Shown one piece after another: positions 38,777 to 47,493 of a stretch of 64,000 bases of DNA. Numbering within the stretch: position 1 is the first letter of the stretch; every line of letters starts with the position of its first letter. The notes below the pieces were generated by a model. It worked only from the letters and a program-made list of their open reading frames with translations, made no database searches and had not been told where the DNA came from. Source of the stretch: an uncultured SAR324 cluster bacterium (GTDB lineage Bacteria; SAR324; NAC60-12); contig CAJJCY010000002.1 in the NCBI GenBank assembly GCA_905182865.1, positions 771,040 through 835,039 on the forward strand, in the 5' to 3' direction. The translations under genes were made by a program, and so were the position numbers.

Positions 38777-39820
38777 ATGGGTACCTGGAACAAACCGCCA
38801 AATAAATCACCTTGGGAAAAAGGATCGCAACCTCCCGACATTGATGAACTTCTCAACAATCTTCAGGATAAGTTTAAGATTGGTCTGCCAAAAAAAGGGC
38901 TATTTAGCTACATCTTAATTTTAGCAATTATCGTTTGGTTGGCAACAGGTATTTTTATTATTGATCCTGAAGAACAGGGAGTCATCAAGCGTTTTGGAGA
39001 GGTTACAGAAGTGGTTGGACCGGGACCGCATTATCATTTACCGTCTCCGATCGAAACCGTCCAGATTGCTCCTGTAACTGCAGTGCGGAGACTTGAAATT
39101 GGATTCCGTACAATACAGCTTGGACCTCCTGCCAAATACAGACGTGTTTTAAAAGAATCATTAATGCTCACCGGAGATGAAAACATCATTGATGTTCAGT
39201 TCATAGTGCAGTATCGCATTTCTGTTTTGGAGGATTATTTTTATAGTCTGACTAATCCAGATGTAACTGTGAGATCTGCCGCTGAATCCGCGATGCGTGA
39301 AGTTATTGGTGATTCAACAGTTACGGAAGCACTGACTGTTGGAAAAGGAGTAATTGAAAATACTACTGCTCTGCTTCTTCAGGAAACAATGAACAGTTAC
39401 AAAGGCGGAATTAAGATTGAGAATGTGAAACTGCAGGATGTTCATCCTCCAGACGCAGTAAAAGAAGCTTTTAAAGATGTGGTAAGTGCCCGTGAGGATC
39501 GTGAAAAAATGATCAATGATGCAGAAGGTTACAGAAACAATCTTGTTCCAACAGCCAGAGGAGAAGCTGCACAAATGATCAATAATGCAAAGGGTTATGC
39601 CAAAGAAAAGGTGTTGGTCGCCATTGGTGAATCAGAAAGATTTAATCTGGTCTATGAAGAATATAAAAATGCCAAAGAAATTACCCGGGAGCGGATTTTG
39701 CTAGAAACAATGGCCAGCATTCTACCCAAAGTAAACAAGGTGATTGCTGACAAAGAGTTGGGAAGTAATGTTCTTCCGTTTTTACCGATTGGACAATCAT
39801 TGAATCAACTGAGTAAATAA
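38777..39820 (+). CDS. hflK: SPFH/band-7 protein, HflK type
   Basis: The PWEKGSQPPDIDELL N-terminus, a single TM, and an SPFH domain (GVIKRFGE...), with the C-terminal EGYRNNLVPTARGEAAQMINNAKGY characteristic of HflK. No hflC follows. Confidence 0.8.
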   Translation: MGTWNKPPNKSPWEKGSQPPDIDELLNNLQDKFKIGLPKKGLFSYILILAIIVWLATGIFIIDPEEQGVIKRFGEVTEVVGPGPHYHLPSPIETVQIAPVTAVRRLEIGFRTIQLGPPAKYRRVLKESLMLTGDENIIDVQFIVQYRISVLEDYFYSLTNPDVTVRSAAESAMREVIGDSTVTEALTVGKGVIENTTALLLQETMNSYKGGIKIENVKLQDVHPPDAVKEAFKDVVSAREDREKMINDAEGYRNNLVPTARGEAAQMINNAKGYAKEKVLVAIGESERFNLVYEEYKNAKEITRERILLETMASILPKVNKVIADKELGSNVLPFLPIGQSLNQLSK

Positions 39821-39942
39821 GTTTATTCAGATCTAATTTGACAACCGAGTTATCCCCATCTTTCGGCTGTTAGACTCAGTTTACGTTTACTCTGAATTCA
39901 TGTTGTTTTCAGGGCTTTTTATATATTTAATTGGAGATACAA

Positions 39943-40401
39943 ATGATTGCAGTTGGTTCGGAAGCACCGGATTTTAAATTGGCCAGTCAGTTTGATACGG
40001 AGTTTTCCTTGAGTGAGTTCAAAGGAGAAAAGAATGTAATGCTGTTGTTTTATCCACTTGACTGGACTGGCACCTGAAGCAGGGAGATACCCAAAATTGA
40101 GTCGATGATTGATCGATTCAAGGAGGCAGACACTCAAGTATTGGGTGTGAGCATTGACAGTAAACATTCACATAAAAAATGGGCTGAGTCCCTTGGCGGT
40201 GTGTCTTATCCACTGCTGCAGGATTTCCATCCAAAAGGCTCCATGGCGACTTCTTATGGAACTTATTTGGAGAATAAAGGTTTTGCAGCTCGATCAACAG
40301 TTATAGTAGACAAGCAGGGCTCTGTTCGATATTCCGTTATGGCAAATGGAGAGCGCATCATTACTGAGCTTTTAAATGAGTGCCAAAAAATAAACGGTTA
40401 A
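39943..40401 (+). CDS. peroxiredoxin (AhpC/TSA/BCP fold) with in-frame TGA (40075-40077) at the peroxidatic Cys position; probable selenoprotein
   Basis: GGAGA RBS 5 nt before ATG 39943. The frame is open except for one TGA: ...NVMLLFYPLDWTGT[TGA]SREIPKIESMIDRFKEADTQVLGVSIDSKHSHKKW..., so the PxxxTxxC motif has TGA in place of C. The track lists only the 3' part (40105-40401). Confidence 0.7.
40097..40121 (+). promoter_or_regulatory. SECIS-like hairpin downstream of the in-frame UGA
   Basis: UUGAGUCGAU-GAUUG-AUCGAUUCAA: 10 bp including one G-U, with a 5-nt loop containing G and U. The stem starts about 20 nt and the loop about 30 nt after the UGA, within the range I recall for bacterial SECIS elements. 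Confidence 0.5.
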
Positions 40402-40431
40402 ACGGTTTAAAATCTTATGTGAATTATTCGT

Positions 40432-40461
40432 GGCGGTCTCTGTTTTGACCGCTTTTTTTTT
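40432..40461 (+). terminator. rho-independent terminator after the peroxiredoxin gene
   Basis: GCGGTC-tctgtttt-GACCGC followed by T9 (40453-40461). Confidence 0.75.
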
Positions 40462-40486
40462 GCAAAAAAAGTTGAAGTGGTCAAGG

Positions 40487-40720
40487 ATGGTACTCTATTT
40501 CTACGAAGACTGTGAATATTCGCAAGTTGTACTGAACACGATTACCAGTTTACATATAAAGGATAAGTTCACATTCAAGGATATCCGCCTGAATCCGGAC
40601 TATGCAAAAGAACTTGTAGAACTTACAGGCGATGTGACAGTACCCTGCCTGGTAAATGCGGAGGGTCCTATGAAAGAGGCAAAAGATATCCGTGAATACC
40701 TTGTTTCGAATTTCATTTAA
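40487..40720 (+). CDS. glutaredoxin-like small thioredoxin-fold protein with C-x-x-S motif
   Basis: MVLYFYEDCEYSQVVLN...VTVPCLV... has the layout of small Grx/NrdH-like proteins. The track start (40430) would include the terminator, so ATG 40487 or TTG 40472 is preferred. The RBS is poor. Confidence 0.55.
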   Translation: MVLYFYEDCEYSQVVLNTITSLHIKDKFTFKDIRLNPDYAKELVELTGDVTVPCLVNAEGPMKEAKDIREYLVSNFI

Positions 40721-40792
40721 AACCCTTTAGGTCGTCTCTCCCACGCTTTCAGACTTTATCCAACTTTGATTCTAAGAACAGTAACCGTCCTT

Positions 40793-41341
40793 TTACAAAT
40801 CGTCTGACAGTGCTTTTTTTTGTTCCGATGTGAGAGATGTTTCCTCTTTAAATAAAGGATGATCTGAACCAATTGCTACAGGTACTTTCCCCTTCGTATT
40901 GAACTTAATGTATTGAACAGAAGACAGTCGACCATCTCCAATTTGTCTTTCGTCAAAAGTTGCCCTTATACGAGTTTTATCCTCTAATTTTAGATATAGA
41001 TGCATTGGCAATTCAAGCCACTTGCTCAGTTTGTCATCTCTTTCCACAGGATCATCAATTTCTATCAAAAGCGTACATCCTAACTCTCCGGACACACCAA
41101 GAATTTCATTGTAGGTTTTTATTTCATGCTGGATATCTGCCTCTTTTACAATACGTTCCACCCGCATCATTTCCTGAATTTGGTAACAAACAGTATCTTT
41201 GTTTTCAAACAGGAATGACAAAACACCTCCAACATTAATTCTGCGGACCTCCTTTATTTTCATTATGTTTTCACGAACTTCACTTCGCTGATCTTCATAA
41301 GTTACATAGTCCATAATTTCTTTACGGCTGACATGCTTCAT
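40793..41341 (-). CDS. DUF3501-family protein
   Basis: 182 aa. Recognised from memory of the DUF3501 pattern (...VRRINVGGVLSFLFENKDTVCYQIQEMMRVE...) and its typical neighbourhood with a CCG-domain Fe-S protein and rubrerythrin. Confidence 0.6.
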   Translation of the reverse strand: MKHVSRKEIMDYVTYEDQRSEVRENIMKIKEVRRINVGGVLSFLFENKDTVCYQIQEMMRVERIVKEADIQHEIKTYNEILGVSGELGCTLLIEIDDPVERDDKLSKWLELPMHLYLKLEDKTRIRATFDERQIGDGRLSSVQYIKFNTKGKVPVAIGSDHPLFKEETSLTSEQKKALSDDL

Positions 41342-41391
41342 TCCGACTCTCCTTTTATTTGTGAAAAATAGTTAACAGGTAGAAAAACATA

Positions 41392-42729
41392 TTATTTGTT
41401 ATTGGTATCATCAGAACGATAAGCCTCTGCAAGGATGGACATGGGGTGTTTGGGTTTCACTCCTGCATGTTGTTTAAACTGAAGTGCCGCAAGGGGACAG
41501 TCGGTAACCCATACTTCAGTTTCTTCGTTTTTCATTCCATCAAATGATTTTTGACCAATTCGTTTGGAGGCATCAAAGCTCTCAACTTTCATGGCATAAG
41601 TCCCATCGTGTCCGCAACATTCCATGACAGTTTTCATTTTTGAACCTGTCACTTTATTAATTAAATCCCGTCCCTTAAAGCCAATTCCTTGAGCCCTTAA
41701 ATGGCAAGGAGCATGATAGCTAATGGCTTCTGTTGGCAAATTATGCGTGTCCGTGTTAAACCTGTCTTCATTCCGAATGTTCCATAAAAATTCTGAAGGA
41801 TCGTTTATTGCTCCTGATAATTTTTTGGCTCTTTCACGATCCTCACCTTCCAGGAGTTCCGGATACTCCCGTCTCATCATCATTGCACAGGTTGGGTTGA
41901 TCGCCAGGACCATGCTGCCCTGTTCCACAAACGGCATAAGAATATCCAGATTATGTTTTGCATTGGCACGTAATGTTTTCAAATCTCCCTGCTCCCATGC
42001 CGGCATCCCACAGCACTTCAATCCTTTTACACAAGCACAGTCTACCTTATTTTTTTCCAGCACTTCTAGCGTATCTTTACCAATTTGTGGTTCATTGTGC
42101 TGGACATAACATGTTTGAAATAAAACGGTTTCTGATTTTTTATTTTTACGAATCAGTCCCTTTTTAGTTGCCCATTTTTCAAATGTCGAAAAACTGAAAT
42201 CAGGCAGTAATTTTTCTCGATGAATGCCAAGCAATTTTTCCATAAACCATCGATGGGCTCCGACCCGGTTCATTACATTTGCAATTCCGAAACTCGCACG
42301 GGCCATACCGGCAGATTTATCGGGATTTCCTAAAATTTTATCACGCAAGCTCCTGGGTTTGTTTATGGAATGGATTGCTCTATGACGATGAACTAGTTTG
42401 GGGAAATCGAGTTTAAACTGGTGTCCATCTCGAACAGAATAAGGACACTGAACTTCACACAATTTACACTGAAAACATGCATCCATGACCTGTTGTGTTT
42501 CCTGTGGTTTAATCTTTTTTACATCTCCATCGTATTGTTTGTCTATGAAATTAAAGAGCGTAGGAAAGGAGTCACAATACTTAAAACACATTCTGCAACC
42601 ATGGCAAATTTCAAATGTCCTTTCAATTTCTTTATCTAGCGCAGCCTTATCCCAATACATTGAATCACTGGGATCATAAGTTAAACCGTCTGTTGGCAAA
42701 TAAGATATTCTAGATTTATTTTCTTCCAT
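41392..42729 (-). CDS. HdrD/GlpC-like iron-sulfur protein (2x[4Fe-4S] binding motifs plus two CCG cysteine-rich domains)
   Basis: CHGCRMCFKYCDSFP and CFQCKLCEVQCPY ferredoxin-type motifs. CCG motifs LKCCGMPAWE and MECCGHDGTY. Confidence 0.8.
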   Translation of the reverse strand: MEENKSRISYLPTDGLTYDPSDSMYWDKAALDKEIERTFEICHGCRMCFKYCDSFPTLFNFIDKQYDGDVKKIKPQETQQVMDACFQCKLCEVQCPYSVRDGHQFKLDFPKLVHRHRAIHSINKPRSLRDKILGNPDKSAGMARASFGIANVMNRVGAHRWFMEKLLGIHREKLLPDFSFSTFEKWATKKGLIRKNKKSETVLFQTCYVQHNEPQIGKDTLEVLEKNKVDCACVKGLKCCGMPAWEQGDLKTLRANAKHNLDILMPFVEQGSMVLAINPTCAMMMRREYPELLEGEDRERAKKLSGAINDPSEFLWNIRNEDRFNTDTHNLPTEAISYHAPCHLRAQGIGFKGRDLINKVTGSKMKTVMECCGHDGTYAMKVESFDASKRIGQKSFDGMKNEETEVWVTDCPLAALQFKQHAGVKPKHPMSILAEAYRSDDTNNK

Positions 42730-42808
42730 AAGTTTTAATGGGTGATTTTCTTGTAAAAAAGAAGTAAACGCCTCAAATGTATTTGATTCGAGGCGTTTTA
42801 AAGTTTAA

Positions 42809-43228
42809 TCAGGAAACACTGTCTGCCATTTGTTGAAATCGACCGGCATGAGATTTTTCTGCTTTTGCCAATGTTTCAAACCAATCGGCAATTTCTGAAA
42901 AGCCTTCTTCTCTAGCTGTTTTTGCCATGCCTGGATACATATCTGTGTATTCATGCGTTTCACCTTGTACTGCTGAAGCTAAATTATCTAGCGTATCTCC
43001 AATAGGTAGACCTGTTGCAGGATCACCAACTTCTTTCAAATAATCCAGATGCCCATGAGCGTGCCCAGTTTCTCCTTCTGCGGTTTCACGAAAATTACTT
43101 GCTATTTCAGGATAACCCTCAATGTCAGCGGCTTTTGCAAAATAAAGATAACGTCTATTTGCTTGAGATTCTCCTGCAAATGCATCTTTGAGGTTTTCGT
43201 GAGTTTTTGTTCCATTCAAATTACTCAT
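42809..43228 (-). CDS. rubrerythrin-family diiron protein lacking the rubredoxin domain
   Basis: THENLKDAFAGESQANRRYLYF, EGETGHAHGH, GETHEYTDMY and KAEKSHAGRF form two E..EXXH diiron half-sites. 139 aa with no C-terminal CxxC pairs. Confidence 0.85.
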   Translation of the reverse strand: MSNLNGTKTHENLKDAFAGESQANRRYLYFAKAADIEGYPEIASNFRETAEGETGHAHGHLDYLKEVGDPATGLPIGDTLDNLASAVQGETHEYTDMYPGMAKTAREEGFSEIADWFETLAKAEKSHAGRFQQMADSVS

Positions 43229-43407
43229 ATTCTACTCCTTTTTGAAGTTCATGCACAGGCCTTTGGTTTTACATCCGACAATGAGGTGAATGATATGACT
43301 TTTTATAATTATAAAATTATTAAATTGATTTGTCTAATCGTTTATTATTATTATATTGATAGGTAATATCTATTAATATCGATTAACCCATTGTTTGAGG
43401 AGTGATT

Positions 43408-44352
43408 ATGAATCTGAGAGATTTGGAATATCTTGCAGCTGTTGGAGAATATAAACATTTTCGAAAAGCTGCAGAAAAATGTTATGTGAGCCAACCAACT
43501 TTGAGCGGACAACTAAAGAAATTAGAAGACCACATTGGCGCTCAACTGGTTGAACGAACCACCAGAAATGTCTTTTTGACACCCATTGGTGAAGAAATAG
43601 TAAAAATATCACGGAGAATTTTGGCTGATGCGGCTTCCATTGAAAATATGGTTTCAACCTATACTGATCCTATGAGCGGCACACTCAATGTTGGTCTAAT
43701 TCCAACAATAGCACCTTATCTTTTGCCCTTGATTGTGCAACCTATAAATCAAGCTTATCCTCAACTGGAAATTATCTTACAGGAAGTTCAAACAGAAGTT
43801 ATGTTGAAAAAACTTAGTGAAGGAACATTAGATGCGGGAATCTTAGCAGTTCCTCTAGAAATGAGAGGACTTGAAGAGATCATTCTATACACAGAACCAT
43901 TTTATGTTGCTGCTAACAATCAGCACCCATTTGCTGCTAAATTATCAATCAAGATAGAGGATTTACAGGATGAAACTCTATTATTACTGGAAGAAGGACA
44001 TTGCTTGAGAGGGCAGGTTATGGATGTTTGTTCACAAACTATGACCAAAGAAAGAAAAAATTTCCAGGGTACAAGTCTGGAAACAATCAGACATATGGTA
44101 TCTACTGGTATTGGGATTACCCTGATTCCACAAACTGCAATTGATTATAATAATCTAATTCAAAATTCTTCTATCAAATATATTCCGTTTAAAAACCCTG
44201 CCCCTGCTAGAAGAGTTGGATTATTATTTCGGAAAACTTCCAATAGAAAAGTATGTTTTAAAAAATTAGCTGCTTCGATTCAAAGTATCATTCAAAAAGA
44301 ATTTTTACTGGAAGAAACTGTAGAGGTCCTTCCAGTAAAATTGAACAGATAG
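43408..44352 (+). CDS. oxyR: LysR-family hydrogen-peroxide sensor OxyR
   Basis: MNLRDLEYLAAVGEYKHFRKAAEKCYVSQPTLSGQLKKLE HTH, and the redox-Cys region LLLLEEGHCLRGQVMDVC as in OxyR. GAGGAG RBS. Divergent from rubrerythrin. Confidence 0.8.
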   Translation: MNLRDLEYLAAVGEYKHFRKAAEKCYVSQPTLSGQLKKLEDHIGAQLVERTTRNVFLTPIGEEIVKISRRILADAASIENMVSTYTDPMSGTLNVGLIPTIAPYLLPLIVQPINQAYPQLEIILQEVQTEVMLKKLSEGTLDAGILAVPLEMRGLEEIILYTEPFYVAANNQHPFAAKLSIKIEDLQDETLLLLEEGHCLRGQVMDVCSQTMTKERKNFQGTSLETIRHMVSTGIGITLIPQTAIDYNNLIQNSSIKYIPFKNPAPARRVGLLFRKTSNRKVCFKKLAASIQSIIQKEFLLEETVEVLPVKLNR

Positions 44353-44393
44353 AACTTAACCAAATATATGTGAGGGAAAGGGCAGAGTGGTTC

Positions 44394-44885
44394 TCAGGTT
44401 TCCTCAAGTCCCCTCTTCATTATCAACTTCCCGGAACGCACCATTTCCACAAGCCCCATTGGTTCCAGTAGTTTTTCAAGGGCATCAATTTTTAATGAAT
44501 CGCCGGTCGTTTCAATCACAAGAGACTGATCCGTAATGTCTACTGTTTTTGCACGAAACACCTCTACAATCTGGAAAATTTCTGCACGCTGATCAGGCTT
44601 TGCCCTTACTTTAAATAATGCCATCTCCCGATCCACAATATCCGCAGAAGGGTGACTGGCGGCATGAACAACATCTACTAATTTATTCAGTTGCCGCAGT
44701 ATTTGGTCGTATGAGCTCGGTACACCTTGTACTACTACAGTAATTCTTGAAAAGTTGGTATTGTGCGCCGGTGAAACGACCAGTGAGTCCACGTTATAAC
44801 CACGACGCGCAAATGTTTGAGCAATCCTGACAAGAACTCCGGGCTTGTTACAAACATAAATACTGATTGCAAATTTTTCTTCCAT
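44394..44885 (-). CDS. ilvH: acetolactate synthase small (regulatory) subunit
   Basis: ACT domain ISIYVCNKPGVLVRIAQTFARRGYNVDSLVVSP, and a C-terminal domain ending LIMKRG. Confidence 0.9.
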   Translation of the reverse strand: MEEKFAISIYVCNKPGVLVRIAQTFARRGYNVDSLVVSPAHNTNFSRITVVVQGVPSSYDQILRQLNKLVDVVHAASHPSADIVDREMALFKVRAKPDQRAEIFQIVEVFRAKTVDITDQSLVIETTGDSLKIDALEKLLEPMGLVEMVRSGKLIMKRGLEET

Positions 44886-44990
44886 AAAAGCCTGATTGTG
44901 ATTAATTATGATCGACTATTCAGCAGGACATCGATTAAAAATATAAAATTTAAACAGTAATAAAAGCTGATTTTTCACCTATTTCAGAGA

Positions 44991-46681
44991 TCAAGTACTG
45001 CCAACGGGCTTTTTAAGTTTCTTGCTTGCCGGAGGTTCATCAATTAACATTTCGCTGACTGCAGCTCCTGCAGGAATCATTGGGAAAACATTATCACCTT
45101 TGACAACTTCTGCTTCAATAATGCAGGGACCATCGTTGTAGGCCAGAGCTTTTTTTAACACTTTGGTCACATCACCTGAACGCCTCAGATGAAAACCCTT
45201 GATTCCATATGCTTCCCCAATTTTGACAAAATCCGGATTACCTTCCATATCCACACCACTTTCACGTTTTTCAAAAAACAGCTGTTGCCATTGTCTTACC
45301 ATGGAGTATTGTTGTTGATAATCAAAATTTTGAGTGGCAACTTGTTAATTGCAGCCGTTGCCAGCTCTGACATAGTCATTTGGAAACCGCCGTCACCCAC
45401 AACAGCAACTACAAGATCTTCTGGGTTTCCAAGTTGTGCTCCAATAGCTGCGGGGAAACCGTATCCCATTGTTCCAGCTCCTCCGCTAGAAAGCCATTGG
45501 CGTTCGCGGGTTGATCTGCAGAATTGGGCAGCCCACATTTGGTGTTGGCCGACATCCGTAGCAATAATAGCATTGGATCCGGTTAAACGGTCCAGTTCAG
45601 CTAAAACATGTTGTGCGCGCAAACCTCCACGCTTTGGATATTTTAAGGGGTGTTTCTTTTTCCAGTTCTCAATTTTCTTCAGCCACTCTTTGGTATCAAG
45701 CTGCTTTACCAGAGGAATCAATTCATCCAGACCAAACTGCATCTCCCTACGGCGATGTACAATGATTTTTCCAAATTCAGCAGGATCGATGTCTATATGT
45801 AATTTTTGTGCGTTTGGACAAAATTCACTAACTTTGCCAGTTACACGATCATCAAAACGTGTTCCAATAGCAATTAATAAATCACATTCGCTAACAGCAA
45901 AATTGGCATAAGCTGTTCCATGCATCCCTAACATACCTAAAGACAACGGATGGTTTTCATTAAACGAACCTTTTCCCATTAATGTTGTTGTAATTGGAAT
46001 AGAAAATAATTCAGCTAATTTTAATAATTCTTTATGAGTATTAGAAATAATGGCACCTCCCCCTACATAAAATAAAGGTTGCGATGCTTGACTAATCATT
46101 TTTAAAACTTGTAGTATTTGGTTATCACTAGTTTTGAATTGAAAACGGTATCCTTTCAATTTTAAAATATCTTTTTGTTGAATTGGTTTATAATTTGTAA
46201 ACTCTTCCAAAACGGGTCCAGGACGACCTGTTGAGGCTAGATGGAATGCTTCTTTAATAATTCTTGACAAGTCTTTTACTTCCCTGACAAGATAACTGTG
46301 TTTGACTACAGGCATTGTCACACCAAACACATCGGCCTCCTGAAAAGCATCTTTACCCAAATTGGGCGTGATGGTTTGTCCTGTTAGAACCACAAGAGGT
46401 ACTGAATCCATATGAGCAGTGAGTATCCCCGTGACAGTGTTAGTCGCCCCGGGTCCGGAAGTCACCAAAACCACTCCGGTTTTTCCAGTAGCTTTCGCAT
46501 AACCGTCCGCCATGTGCGTTGCCGCCTGTTCATGACGAACAAGGACGTGCTTCATTTTATCCTGCCTGAATAGTGCATCATAAATATGAAGCACCGCACC
46601 GCCGGGATAACCGAAAACGTAATCCACGTCCTCTTCCTGCAATGAGCGAATCAGGATATCGCCCCCAGATAGCATTTCCAC
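44991..46681 (-). pseudogene. ilvB: acetolactate synthase large subunit with one frameshift near 45303-45304
   Basis: ThDP-enzyme blocks (GYPGGAVLHIYDAL, GPGATN, and the ThDP motif GDGGFQMTMSELATA...ILIINN). The expected ...MVRQWQQLFF continuation is in another frame (track ORF 44991-45302). One extra C on the coding strand would restore it. Confidence 0.85.
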
Positions 46682-47107
46682 TTAATTTCCCCAATGTATA
46701 GTTTTACCTAAAATATACCACTATTTTAGTGCCGCCTCAAGTAAAAACGCAACCGTTGTGAAAAATATTTAATAATAATACCTTGTAATAAAAACAGTTG
46801 TCAATTATGACGATAAAAAGTGATTAAATGGCATTCGACTATAAATAGAGAGTCAACATTAAGAATATAATACAAATAATAGTTGGTTTTAATAATAAAA
46901 AATTAATGATACACACAGGAAGCACAGAAACATTTAGTATTAAAAACACCTTTGATAACTGACTTCTAATTTTTGGAGTATTAGATAGAATTCATTACTT
47001 GTATTATTTTGATAGTTCATCGAAAAAAGAGGTTTTAATTTGTTTTCCAATGTATGCGATACTTGCTATAATTAGTCCAAATCCATAGAAATGATTCAAA
47101 TTTTAGA

Positions 47108-47491
47108 GTGGCTCAGCAAGAAAATGAAGGCTGGTTGACAGAAAAGTGGATGCAGCACGTCGCCGATATTTGTGAAGTCCCGCTTACTCATGTTGAAGGC
47201 GTGGTCACCTTTTACACTATGTTTCGTTTGAAACGTCCAGGTAAATTCCATTTGCAGGTTTGTACTTGCGTACCATGTTGCCTCGTTGGAGGAACAGAGT
47301 TGTTGGAACACACAGAAAATAAACTTAACATTCATGCGGGACATACTACAACTGATGGTGAATTCAGCATTGAAGAAATGGAGTGCCTAGGTGCGTGCAG
47401 CTTTGCACCTGCAATAATCGTAAATGAAGACTATCATGAACAGGTAACTCCGGATAAAATGGATAAATTGATTGATCAACTCAAACAATAA
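47108..47491 (+). CDS. nuoE: NADH-quinone oxidoreductase subunit E (24-kDa, 2Fe-2S); N-terminus uncertain
   Basis: EGVVTFYTMF, VCTCVPCCLVG and MECLGACSFAPA supply the four 2Fe-2S cysteines. The GTG-initiated ORF lacks about 25-35 N-terminal residues of canonical NuoE. See the finding on 47050-47110. Confidence 0.8.
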   Translation: MAQQENEGWLTEKWMQHVADICEVPLTHVEGVVTFYTMFRLKRPGKFHLQVCTCVPCCLVGGTELLEHTENKLNIHAGHTTTDGEFSIEEMECLGACSFAPAIIVNEDYHEQVTPDKMDKLIDQLKQ

Positions 47492-47493
47492 AA

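Noticed and set aside
45189-45911. A 240-aa plus-strand ORF. Similar long antisense ORFs occur at 12126-12569, 7936-8409 and 48833-49438.
   Set aside because: They are antisense to strongly supported genes (ilvB, ppiD, recC, nuoG) and have Ser/Arg/Cys-rich shadow composition.
47067-47072. TATAAT (within TTGCTATAAT) as the -10 box of a nuoE promoter.
   Set aside because: It lies inside the stretch that appears to encode the missing NuoE N-terminus in another frame, and no convincing -35 element is seen.
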